Shown: positions 30,153-40,311 of the stretch, in pieces
How the letters are laid out: each line of letters opens with the position of its first letter
How positions within the stretch are numbered: the first letter of the stretch is position 1
NCBI GenBank assembly: GCA_963796275.1
Contig: CAWCKY010000003.1
Location: forward strand, 1,120,001 to 1,184,000
Direction of reading: 5' to 3'
DNA from: an uncultured Acidobacteriota bacterium
GTDB taxonomy: Bacteria; Acidobacteriota; Blastocatellia; RBC074
Length of the DNA stretch: 64,000 bases
Made by a program: the position numbers and the translations under genes
The notes under the pieces: generated by a model
The model's input: the letters and a program-made list of their open reading frames with translations, nothing else
Told to the model about the DNA's origin: nothing
Database searches by the model: none

Positions 30153-32298
30153 ATGCATGCTGTATCAGGAGGCGCTTGCGCCAGTTGCAGAGCCATCTGC
30201 CTTTTCATTGCCATCGGGTTGTTACTAGGCGGCAAGGGAAAAGCGCAGGAGAAAACTGACATACTCCATGATCTCGCGCAGAAATTGCAATCTCCTGACA
30301 GAGTCACCCGTCGCACTGCGGTAGAGGCGTTAGGAGTGTTTGGGGCGGTGGCTATGCCCGCCTTAATCGGCGCGCTCAAAGATCAGGACGCGGAGGTTCG
30401 CGTCTCTGCGGCAGAGGCGTTAGTGAATATTGGGCCGGCGGCGAAGGAAGCAGTGCCAGCACTGATCGTGGCACTCAAGGATCCGGAGGAAATGCTTCGC
30501 TTCTACGCAGCGTGGGCATTAGGGCAGATCGGTCCCGAGGCGAAGGAAGCCGTGCCGGCACTTATCGCCGCACTCAAGGATCCGAATGAATTTGTTTACG
30601 ACGTCGCACAAAATGCATTAAAGCGAATAGGGACAGCAGCCGTGCCTGCGTTGATCATCGCGCTCAAGTATCCGGAGGTAGGTGATCGCAGCTCCGCGGC
30701 AGAGGCATTAGGAAAGGTTGGGCCGGCGGCGAAGGAAGTAGTGCCGGCGCTGATTGAGGCACTCAAGGATCCAGAGCCGCGTGTTCGCAGCTCCGCGGCC
30801 AAGGCACTGGGGGAGATCGGGCCCGAGGCAAAGGAGGCTGTGCCCGCGCTGATCCTGGCACTGAAAGATCCGGATGCACGTGTCCGCGGCTCCGCAGCAT
30901 ACGCGTTCAAAGGGATTGGGCCGGCAGCGAAAGAGGCCGTTCCGGTGCTTATCGCCGCGCTCAAGGATCCACGGGAAAGTGTTCGCGGCGCCGCAGCATC
31001 ACTAGGATGGATTGGGCCTGAGGCGAAGGAAGCAGTGCCGGCGCTGATTGCTGCGCTCAAGGATCCACATGAAATTGTTCGTAACTCCGCAGCATCCTCA
31101 TTAGGGCAGATCGGTCACGAGGCGAAAGAGGCCGTGCCTGCCTTGATCGCCGCGCTCAAAGATCCGGATGGAGTTGTTCGCGGCTCCGCAGCCAATGCAT
31201 TGGCGCGGATAGGGCCGGAAGCCGTGCCTGCCTTGATCCCCCTGCTCAAGGATCCTGGGGTAGGTGTCCGCAACCTTGCATTCCATGCATTAGGGCAGAT
31301 CGGTCCCGAGGCGAAGGAAGCAGTGCCGGCACTTATCGCCACACTCAAGGGATCCGGACGCAAACATTCGCATCGCCACACAAAATGCATTAAAGCGAAT
31401 AGGGACAGCAGCCGTGCCTGCGTTGATCATCGCGCTCAAGTATCCGGAGGTAGGTGATCGCAGCTCCGCGGCAGAGGCATTAGGAAAGGTTGGGCCGGCG
31501 GCGAAGGAAGTAGTGCCGGCGCTGATTGAGGCACTCAAGGATCCAGAGCCGCGTGTTCGCAGCTCCGCGGCCAAGGCACTGGGGGAGATCGGGCCCGAGG
31601 CAAAGGAGGCTGTGCCCGCGCTGATCCTGGCACTGAAAGATCCGGATGCGCATGTCCGCGGCTCCGCAGCATCACTAGGGGGAATTGGGCCTGAGGCGAA
31701 GGAAGCAGTGCCGGCGTTGATTGCTGCGCTCAAGGATCCGGATGCACGTGTTCGCAGCTCCGCGGCTAGTGCGCTAGGGTGGATTGGACCTGAGGCAAAG
31801 GAGGCTGTGCCCGCGCTGATCCTGGCACTGAAGGATCCGGAGGCAAATGTCCGGAGCTCCGCAGCATATGCGTTCAAAGGGATCGGGGCGGCGGCGAAAG
31901 AGGCTGTGCCCGCGCTTATTGAGGTGCTAAAGAATGGAATACTCGCTAATAGAATACTCGCTAGCGGCTCCGCAGCAGAGGCCTTGGTGGGAATCGGGCC
32001 GGAAGCCGTGCCTGCCTTGATCCCCATGCTCAAGGATTCGGATGCAAGGGTTCGAAGTTCCGGAGCCTTTATATTAGGGCGAATCGGGCCGGCGGCGAAG
32101 GATGCCGTGCCAGTGTTAATCGAGTGGCTCAAGGATCCAGATGCGAATGTTCGCAGTTTCGGAGCAAATACATTAGGTGGGATCGGGCTGGCGGCGAAGG
32201 AGGCCATGCCGGCGCTGATTGAGGCACTCAATGACCCGGAGTCACGTGTTCGCAGCTCCGTAAAAGGAGCATTAGCGAAGATCGGATCTGCGCCATAG
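30153..32298 (+). CDS. Secreted HEAT-repeat (PBS-lyase-like) protein, one extra G at 31349-31351
   Basis: AGGAGG RBS, signal peptide, about 20 copies of ALKDP..VR..AA.ALG.IGP.AKEAVP; removing one G joins both ORFs. Confidence 0.88.
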
Positions 32299-33811
32299 AA
32301 ACCCTAACAATTCTCTCTACGCAGATAATCTCAGCGGCGCAATGACCAGCAATGCATACGGAGAGGAGCGTGTGCTATCGGGAAGCCGGCTTCCCGAAGC
32401 ACACGCTCATTTGATAGTCCTGCATGGATACTCCGATTGGAAGCTGTTGAAATTGCTGGATTTAGAATTCAATCACTCACTTGTAATGTGTCCGGCAGTA
32501 AAAACACCACCACACGCCGCCGTGACCGGTCACCGGGCATTCATCTCGATGGAGATGAGAAAACTTACCGCCTCATGCTGTTCGCTCTCGGGCTCAAAAA
32601 ATCATCGATTACCTCCTGCGCGCTATGGCCCCACTGCGTCCGGCCGAGAAACTTCTACCGTGGCGCATATGTGCCGCAGACAGCAAAGAAAGGTGCGACG
32701 GAATTTGACGATGAGATCAGTGCCAAACGGGCAGCGCTGCGCAAATTTTGGGGAGCGAGCGTTCTGGGGCGTTGGTCACGCTGATCGAGGCCGCGCACAA
32801 CTCATCGCGAATTCCTGCCAACGCTTTCTAACACTATCCGGGTGAAATGGGTGACATCATCCGGAATTTGCCAGACATCATAATTTTTCTGCCAACTGAT
32901 GATCTCGACAGTTGACGTCGGAGAGAGTGAACAAATTGAAGCATCAATTCAGGTGGGGATCGTTCGAGTTGCGCTCTCTCTTCCCGACGTGCTCGTCGAT
33001 TTTCGGCTGATACAGCATCACACTATCGACGATTTAAACGTCTACGAGAGAGGCTTCTACGAGCGGTTGCTGTATATGATGTTTAGTTGCACGGAGGTCC
33101 ATTTAATTGAACAATCGATTACTGATATTCAGATAGCTATACTTTCCTACATAGATGAGTTGATCGATGGTCTTACGGATTCCATTAACCAGGTCCACTC
33201 ACCAGGCATAGAGTATTTGACTTTTCCTGGGAGACCGCCGCCCAAGGTAGAAGGGCACTGGCCCCGCGTCACGATGTGCGCAGAGTTTGGTGAACGGGAG
33301 TGATCGGTGCCGATCTTGTTCTCCCAGGTAAGGGTGCAGGTGACAATGGGGGCTAGAGCGCCATCGGCTTTAGCGTGCGTCCTCAGCATCAGCACGCGTC
33401 CTCAGCAAAGAGGCGGTAGAGATGATCTCTACCGCCTCGGCGACGGAATCGCTCCCACCCGCTTAGTAATCGATGATGCACAACCAAAGAATACCAGTAA
33501 CACAAGCCCGGTTACTGATCAATTAGTTCGTAACTCGGTCCTCGCGGATGTTGAAAATCCTGAGACAATTCATTCGTCAAGGGTCTTGCGAGGGAAAAGT
33601 CATAGCCCCGTTGATTTTTGCGGGCGGCTGCGTTTCCCCGTCGCTACCGTAACAGAAATCAATATTTCTCCCGGAACCCAGTATCAGCGAGACATCATCG
33701 TGTGTCCGATATCTGACCTGGTCAGAGGCACGGAATTTTTTCAAAGAGTGCTGAAAGTGCGAATGGTAGCACAACCCCTAAAGCCATTGGAGGCTACCAA
33801 GTGAAACCACT

Positions 33812-34378
33812 TCATACGTACAGTAATTCTGTTTTACCGGAAAGCTGAAGGCTGCTCTCCGGAGTATTCAGCCTCGCAGTCAATCGACTCTTGGCCAGAT
33901 TTCCCACCGTGGTTGTCGGATTGAAAAACTTTGATCGCCAGTCGACGATTTCGACCGTCAACTCGGTATACTGACCGTCTTTGAGGACATAGACGCCGAT
34001 TTCACCGGGCAGAGCACTATTTTCACCGGGTGCTCCGGGAGCGGCTGTTTTAGGTCGCGCGGCGGTCAGCATGGCAGTGATGATCTTCTCACTGACCCCA
34101 GCATTTTTTAGGGTTAGCAGCCCGTCTGCGGAAGTGTCAAAATGTGGCTCGTTTGTGCGGATGGCTTCGAGAATGGTTTCTTCACTAAAACCGGCTTTAA
34201 TCATTTTGAGTATATCGTCATTGGTGAATGCTTTGTTCTGCCCGAAGCTGAGAGCTGAGGTCCAGCTGATCAGGACTACCAGGCAACAGCAGATTCCAAT
34301 GCGTGCCAGGCGTGAATGTAGCAAATTGTAGTTCGGGCCACGGACTCGCCCCTCGCCATCCGTTACGTTTTTTTTCAT
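33812..34378 (-). CDS. Secreted hypothetical protein, probably 3'-truncated
   Basis: Signal peptide then FTNDDILKMIKAGFSEETI...FDTSADGLLTLKNAGVSEKII helical domain. Confidence 0.65.
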   Translation of the reverse strand: MKKNVTDGEGRVRGPNYNLLHSRLARIGICCCLVVLISWTSALSFGQNKAFTNDDILKMIKAGFSEETILEAIRTNEPHFDTSADGLLTLKNAGVSEKIITAMLTAARPKTAAPGAPGENSALPGEIGVYVLKDGQYTELTVEIVDWRSKFFNPTTTVGNLAKSRLTARLNTPESSLQLSGKTELLYV

Positions 34379-34613
34379 AATTTCTTCCTTGCTACATTTG
34401 CGATGCCAATTGGACCAGCGTAGGTTGTGGGCTGGTGGGGGCCGCGCCGGGCAGCTTGACCACGGCCCCTTTCGCGATCTCAGGCGCGAGTCGCGTCGCC
34501 AAAATCGGTTCGGGCCGCAAGCTCCAGGAATGGCCCATTTGCGTATAAATCGGCGTCATGGGTCAACAAACAATATTTGGCGTACTGTGGTGGAGGTGAC
34601 TTTCTACCACCTC

Positions 34614-34913
34614 TCACGGTCGGGCTTTGCACGGGCCCGTGTTTGAAATCTGCCGCGTTAGCGTCACTGATCCGTCCTCGCATATGTAGGTGCATAGCCG
34701 TTCGCAACAAACCGCCGGATTCCGTTGATCGATACACGCCTCCTGTAGCGTGCATCCTTGCGCGGCAGGTTCGCATGGCGGGGCGTTATGGGGGTTTCCC
34801 CCAAAGTTAGTTGTCGGCAATGTTACCTCGCGGCCCGTAACTCCGCCATATGGCGTGATTGATGCCGTTATGACGAGAAGTAGCAATACTATTGTTAATC
34901 TTTGCTTTTTCAT
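34614..34913 (-). CDS. Small secreted cysteine-rich protein (8 Cys)
   Basis: GGAGG RBS, MKKQR + hydrophobic signal, C-x6-C-x5-C-x8-CC-x3-C-x3-C-x16-C. Confidence 0.65.
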   Translation of the reverse strand: MKKQRLTIVLLLLVITASITPYGGVTGREVTLPTTNFGGNPHNAPPCEPAAQGCTLQEACIDQRNPAVCCERLCTYICEDGSVTLTRQISNTGPCKARP

Positions 34914-34957
34914 TTCAGTCCTCCGTGACTTTATATTAACGAAGAATAAATGGCCCC

Positions 34958-35542
34958 TTAATTGACCAAGAGTCTCATTGTTTTCCTCACCTCGTAATAC
35001 ACACCAAACTCAAAAAAGCTTCGCTCCGTTGAAAGTTTTTTTCTCAACCCTGTCAATTCCCCCCGCAGCCTCCGCTTCGCGCGCACCAACAGCGACCCGA
35101 CGGCCTTGAACGAAAGGCCCAGTTCCGCCGCCGTTTCGGCGTAACTGCACTCTTCCTCATAGCACAGGGTCAAAGCCAATCGCTGATTGGGCGGCAGTTT
35201 AGCCATGGCTGCGGCCATGACAGTTCGCTGCTCTTCGTGCGCAAGCTCTCCCTCCAGATCGTCAATTGCGCGCGCATCTTTTAACAGTTCGATGAACGTA
35301 CGATTCCTGTTTCTCCTGACAGCATTGCGGCAGAGATTGGTGAGAATCGAGAAGAACCAGGTTTTAAAAGAGGCGGTCTCAGGATTGTACAGGTAAGCGC
35401 GCCGGTGGACTTGCAGGAAAGCATCTTGGACCAGGTCTTCGGCCTCAGCATGTTGCCCGATACATCGCTGCGCCACTCGCAACGCCGGCTTCTGGTAGAG
35501 ATCGAACAGAGTTTCGAAAGCCCTTGCGTCGCCATGGCTCAC
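34958..35542 (-). CDS. ECF sigma-70 factor (ends uncertain)
   Basis: AEDLVQDAFL, FKTWFFSILTN, LPPNQRLAL, SYAETA, SLLVRAKRRLR. Confidence 0.85.
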   Translation of the reverse strand: MSHGDARAFETLFDLYQKPALRVAQRCIGQHAEAEDLVQDAFLQVHRRAYLYNPETASFKTWFFSILTNLCRNAVRRNRNRTFIELLKDARAIDDLEGELAHEEQRTVMAAAMAKLPPNQRLALTLCYEEECSYAETAAELGLSFKAVGSLLVRAKRRLRGELTGLRKKLSTERSFFEFGVYYEVRKTMRLLVN

Positions 35543-35742
35543 GCGCAGAATCAGGCCCTCATCAGTGACCGTCGTGGCGTTGGCCCCATGGCAACGATGT
35601 TAACTTATGCCATATAGTGCATAATCGCCCTTATCCCCTGCATAAGGGCGAATTGCTGTTAGGACTTTTATTGGCGGGCCTTTTTCGTTAGTCTGCTTTA
35701 CTCTATCAAGTACTATGTGCACATAGGGGCTCGGGCGACTCG

Positions 35743-36213
35743 TTGCATGGGCCGGCCCACCGGGAGGAATTCCAAGAGTTCGTGATCTCCCAATACGACA
35801 AAGCCTATCGACCGATCCTGCGCCGCCTCTATGTTATGTGGGAGAAGTACGCTAAGTATCTATTGGCTGAAGAGTCGATGATCCCGCCCTACATAATGCT
35901 GGCGTCTCCTTCCCTTCCACAGCATTTCGGAGATTATTCTCCAGTGAGCGGGTTCGGCGGACATTCGCAGATTCGTCTCCGTCCGACGCTCCTGACGGGG
36001 CAGCACAAAGCGATGAAGAAAGGCGACCGATACGCGGAAGGGAGGTTGCTTTTCGTGTGTGACGTTCTTCTCCATGAGACCATCCACCAGTACCATCACG
36101 AAATCACGGGAAAGACGGAAGACTCTTACAAAGGGCACGGCCCGCACTTTAGGGACACAGGCAACCTCGTGGGAAAGAATCTTTGGCTTGGTCAGGTGCG
36201 CGTTGCCAAATGA
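35743..36213 (+). pseudogene. SprT-like zinc metalloprotease fragment
   Basis: LLHETIHQ (HExxH) plus GHGPHF. Confidence 0.6.
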
Positions 36214-36403
36214 TGGCGGGGGCCTTGCTGGACACGGCGGTGACCACGGACATCGGATACCTCAACCTCCTCGCAGCGCAGGAAGCCGCCAATACGCTGA
36301 TGCGTGGCTTTACGAGTGTGCGCGACATGGGGTACCCGCGTTTGGGCTCAAACGAGCCATTGACGAGGGCATAGTCGTGGGCCCGTACGCGGGATTGCAA
36401 TAA
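36210..36403 (+). pseudogene. Amidohydrolase family fragment
   Basis: TLMRGFTSVRDMG (frameshift) FGLKRAIDEGIVVGP. Confidence 0.7.
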
Positions 36404-36442
36404 ATTCCAATTGATCATATTCATAACAGGAGGAGAAACCAC

Positions 36443-36928
36443 ATGAGCCATCTATCTGAGACCATTGCGAATGGATTCATTGCGACCTATCGGGACTTCG
36501 CCGGGGAAGTGCGCGCTCTTTCGGCAGAACTCTCGGAGCGACAATTCTGGACGAAGCCGTTTCCATACGGAAACAGTTTTGGTCATCTGACTCTTCACCA
36601 GGCCGGTAATTTGAACTATTACCTGGGCGCGCATATCTCCGAGACGGGATATGTCCGTGACCGTGACCGCGAATTTAACGAAAGCGACCCTCCGTCGAAG
36701 GAGGAGGCCTTACGGCTGCTCGACGAGGCGGTGGAAATGGTGGTCAAGGCGCTCGAATTGCAGACGGCCGATTCCTGGACCTCTGAATATAGGGCGACGG
36801 GTGCCGAGATCGTGCATGACAGATTTACGATATTCCTGAGGTGTCTGGCCCATTTTCAACACCATCTCGGGCAGATGATCTATATCGTCAATGGGCATTC
36901 AAGTCTCCATTCTGCGGAGAACAAATAA
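36443..36928 (+). CDS. DinB-like (DUF1572-type) protein
   Basis: GNSFGHLTLHQAGNL, VRDRDREF, HFQHHLGQMIY; AGGAG RBS. Confidence 0.85.
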   Translation: MSHLSETIANGFIATYRDFAGEVRALSAELSERQFWTKPFPYGNSFGHLTLHQAGNLNYYLGAHISETGYVRDRDREFNESDPPSKEEALRLLDEAVEMVVKALELQTADSWTSEYRATGAEIVHDRFTIFLRCLAHFQHHLGQMIYIVNGHSSLHSAENK

Positions 36929-37154
36929 TCCGCAGGGCAACGCGGGTCATTTGTGCCGGGCTTCGGAAGGATTGATGGTGAACTTTCGGCAAATATATGC
37001 TTGCCGAAAGCTCACGGACATCTCTAGGCCACTTCCTCGCCTTCTCATATTAATCTCGTCAGCGCCAACCCTTGATAAATGGAGTAAGATGTCTCGTGTA
37101 TAAGAGACATGTACCAAGCGCTCGAAGTTCAATCAAGTAACCATAGAAGAATAC

Positions 37155-37550
37155 ATGTCAAATATCGAGGGGGACCTGGATATCTATTTTGTGGATGAGG
37201 GGATTGAATTGCTCTATCACAGAGAGGTAAGGACTATCGAGATTACGGCATGGAAAGATTCTCTGTTTGATGCCCAAGACTGGCTGATATTTTTGAGTCC
37301 GGATGCGCTTCGCGACGATCCGAATGCGGCCGACGATCAGGCCCGTCTTTGATTGCGACTCGATGAATCTCTCAACAAGCTACGGAATGCAGCTCGATTG
37401 CGGGACGCCTTTAGGGCGGGCATTAGAGAGGCTCATGCGCATTCTACATATAAATATACGCCGCTAAAACAATACATCGCATATATCAAGAACGGATACA
37501 GCCGAGGGATAAGGGATGCTCTGAACGGCGTGGGCAGAAGGAGAGGTTAA
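37155..37550 (+). pseudogene. Second copy of orphan gene (20263..20658) with TGG>TGA at 37350-37352; within direct-repeat copy 37115-37579
   Basis: Protein and DNA alignment by eye. Confidence 0.85.
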
Positions 37551-37986
37551 TATGGCAAAACCACGAGACACTCACCCAACAGGGTTTGGTCTCGACTCTG
37601 GAAATCAAGAACTATTAACTCGTAATGGCTCACAGAGTCGTTTATACAATATATATGACACCCTCGCGTGCACCCATCGCGCACTTTAGTTTCCCAGCAA
37701 CTTAACCCAATATTACTGTTGAACATTTACTGCTGAGACTGATTCGTGAATGTTCGGGCGTTTGCCCAGATGTTCAAACAACATAATCCACCTTGTGCCT
37801 CGCTTGTTAATCAGTCAAGTTAGTTTGCCGCCTAAATAACTGATTCTAAGTCCAGATGCTGTATAACACGTCGAAAGCACAGTGTTGTCAAATTTTGTTG
37901 TTATGTAGGCCAAGAGTAAAACCGAGAACCCGATATGTTTACTCCATTTTCCACACTAGAAAATTGTGTGCAAATGTGTAATTGGG

Positions 37987-38140
37987 TTGACGTGTCAGGG
38001 GTGTTTTATAAAGTTCAATGCGCCCCTCAGGCCATGCCTGTAAAGGCAGGGGTAAGGACGGATGGTGACTGTGATCTGACTCGTTGCCCTACCGGTTGTT
38101 CATTTGTCACCATCCGGTTTCTGGGAAATCCCCCTTTTTG
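37987..38140 (+). ncRNA. Candidate small structured RNA with sigma-70 promoter
   Basis: TTGACG-N16-TAAAGT; TGCCT-GTAA-AGGCA hairpin; 11-bp stem 38059-38069/38106-38116; GGG-AAAT-CCC plus T tract. Confidence 0.35.
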
Positions 38141-38142
38141 AT

Positions 38143-38343
38143 TCACGCAACAAAAGGGTATTCATTTACAAATTCCCCCTCAAGCGATTCCGACAAACAC
38201 AAGGTATTCAAGACAAAAAAATCCTTCAATACCAAAGGTTGGCATTCTCTTACGAGCAGATCGCCATCGTTGATCCCGGCATTGATCATCGAATCGCCAT
38301 GGCCGGAAGTCTGGTAGGCGAGATTGTCAGGAGCTTTTGCCAT
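38143..38343 (-). pseudogene. LexA/S24 peptidase fragment
   Basis: GDSMINAGINDGDLLV motif only. Confidence 0.55.
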
Positions 38344-38766
38344 ATCCTCAACGGTTTCTATAATCGCGGGCTTGGCCGGTAATTTGAGCAGAATGTTCTT
38401 AAGTATTGGTTTGCCGAACTTCCAAGCGTCGATCGTGGTCGGCGCGGTGGGGTGATGATGGTCACCTCAAACTTTGTGACATGACCGGCTAGGCTCATCT
38501 GCCTCCGATATTTCGTATGGGTGAGAACGGTAATGCCATGACTTGCTAGCCCCGGCGCGCACAAGGCTGAGGACGCTGTGTTGCTCTGGCAGAGCGTTCT
38601 GCAATAGAATCCGGCTAGTTCCTAAGCAGTCAGATCGAGCGCAGCAACTGGGCTTCTCAAGCGACTGTCCCTGTCACCGTCTCGTCCCACAGCGAAGATT
38701 ACTCAGAGAGCCGCTTAGAAATCCTTTGAAATTCCCTTTTTATTTTTAGAGGTTCTTAGAACGGCG

Positions 38767-40143
38767 ATGAGTAGTTCGACCATACATTTCTACGAGTTCG
38801 ATTCCTTCCGCATTGATCTAGTGAGACGTCGTCTGCTACGCGACAATGAAGTGGTGCCGCTGACGGAGAAGGTTTTTGCTACCTTGTCGGCGCTCGTCGA
38901 ACACAGCGGGCAGGTAGTAAGGAAGGATAGGTTGATGGAGCTGATCTGGCCCGATAGCTTTGTTGAGGAGGGCAACCTCTCCTTCAACGTCTGCGTACTG
39001 CGCAGGGCGCTCGGCGAAAGGCCTCACGAGCACCGTTACATCATGACGGTTCCAGGGGAAGGCTACCGCTTTGTGGCTAGTGTGAAGCCGATTGAGTCAG
39101 GCGATACAATTCCAGATACGGCTGTGCGCCGGGAGGAGCCGGCGCCTCCCGGCGGCGCGCTCCGCTTGAATTCTTCATTCTACATTACGCGGCCGACCGA
39201 CGAGCGATTCCGGGAGGCCATCAAGCGGCAAGACAGCATCATACTGGTTAAGGGGGCGCGGCAGGTGGGCAAATCATCGCTCTTGGCCCGCGGTTTTCAT
39301 CAGGCGCGGGAGGCGGGAGCCAAAGTGGTCTGGACCGATTTCCAAAGTCTCAACGCCGCCTACCTGGAATCGGCCGAGAAGCTCTTTCTGATGCTCGCCG
39401 AATTGGTGGCTGACCAACTCGATCTGGACGTCTCCCCCGATCAAGTTTGGAATCCCCGCATCGGTCCGAGCAGTAACCTCGAGCTCTACTTGCGGCGTGA
39501 GGCGTTGGCCAATGTTTCGGCCCCGATCGTGTGGAGCCTGGATGAGGTTGATCGACTTTTCGCCTGCGATTTCGGAAGCGAGGTCTTCGGGCTGTTTCGC
39601 TCCTGGCATAACCTGCGAGCGATCGAGCCGGCCTGGCAGCGGCTCACGCTCGTGATGGCATATGCGACCGAAGCGCGTCTGTTCATCACCGACCCTAATC
39701 AATCGCCATTCAACGTCGGGACGCACTTCCGGCTCGGAGACTTTACTTTCGAACAAGTGTCCGAACTCAACCGCCGCTATAACTCTCCTTTGCCTGATGG
39801 CGAAGCAGTCGCGCGATATTTCCATTTGGTCGGCGGGCATCCCTATCTGGTACAGCGCGGCCTATACGAGATGGCGGGCGGGCTGGAATGGACGGCTTTG
39901 GAGGCTCAGGCGGACGATGATGAGGGGTTATTCGGCAACCATTTGCGCCACCTGCTCGACTCGCTCAGATGGGACGCGGCGCTGTGTGAAGTAGTGAGCG
40001 GGCTACTTCGGGGAGAGCCGTGTGCGACCGCGGATAGTTTTTACCGCCTGCGCAGCGCAGGTGTGGTGGTGGGAAACTCTGCGCGCGAGGCGAAGCTGCG
40101 CTGCCAGTTGTATGCAAACTATCTCAGCCGGCATTTGCTGTAA
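38767..40143 (+). CDS. CadC/OmpR-type winged-HTH fused to AAA_35 STAND-like NTPase
   Basis: YEFDSFRID...WPDSFVEEGNL...LRRALG...YIMTVPGEGYRF; GARQVGKSSL Walker A, LDEVD Walker B, SPFNVG, GGHPYL. Confidence 0.9.
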   Translation: MSSSTIHFYEFDSFRIDLVRRRLLRDNEVVPLTEKVFATLSALVEHSGQVVRKDRLMELIWPDSFVEEGNLSFNVCVLRRALGERPHEHRYIMTVPGEGYRFVASVKPIESGDTIPDTAVRREEPAPPGGALRLNSSFYITRPTDERFREAIKRQDSIILVKGARQVGKSSLLARGFHQAREAGAKVVWTDFQSLNAAYLESAEKLFLMLAELVADQLDLDVSPDQVWNPRIGPSSNLELYLRREALANVSAPIVWSLDEVDRLFACDFGSEVFGLFRSWHNLRAIEPAWQRLTLVMAYATEARLFITDPNQSPFNVGTHFRLGDFTFEQVSELNRRYNSPLPDGEAVARYFHLVGGHPYLVQRGLYEMAGGLEWTALEAQADDDEGLFGNHLRHLLDSLRWDAALCEVVSGLLRGEPCATADSFYRLRSAGVVVGNSAREAKLRCQLYANYLSRHLL

Positions 40144-40182
40144 CCGCTCATCGCTATTCAGCTCATCCGCGCCACGAAGAGT

Positions 40183-40229
40183 TTCTAAGAACTTCTAAGC
40201 GCCTTTAAAGACTTCTCAATGGTCTTCAG
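40183..40229. promoter_or_regulatory. Phased direct repeats TTCTAAG (10-11 bp period), putative wHTH operator
   Basis: TTCTAAG at 40183 and 40193, TTTAAAG at 40204; inverted near-copy at 38745-38761. Confidence 0.5.
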
Positions 40230-40311
40230 CGTAGGGTCATCTCGGTCGTGATTCGATCATTGGGGTATTCGATCTCACAACCGTTACACCTTCGTAAAGG
40301 AAATAATCGTT

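Noticed and set aside
32342-33804. ORFs 32342..32845, 32899..33303 and 33307..33804, and possible IS-end-like strings near 32482-32500 and 32850-32878
   Set aside because: No recognisable domain, RBS, partner inverted repeat or target duplication
35605-35650. Two small palindromes (TTATGC-N8-GCATAA; CGCCCTTAT-N7-ATAAGGGCG) as IS200/IS605 end
   Set aside because: No tnpA/tnpB remnant nearby; function cannot be supported
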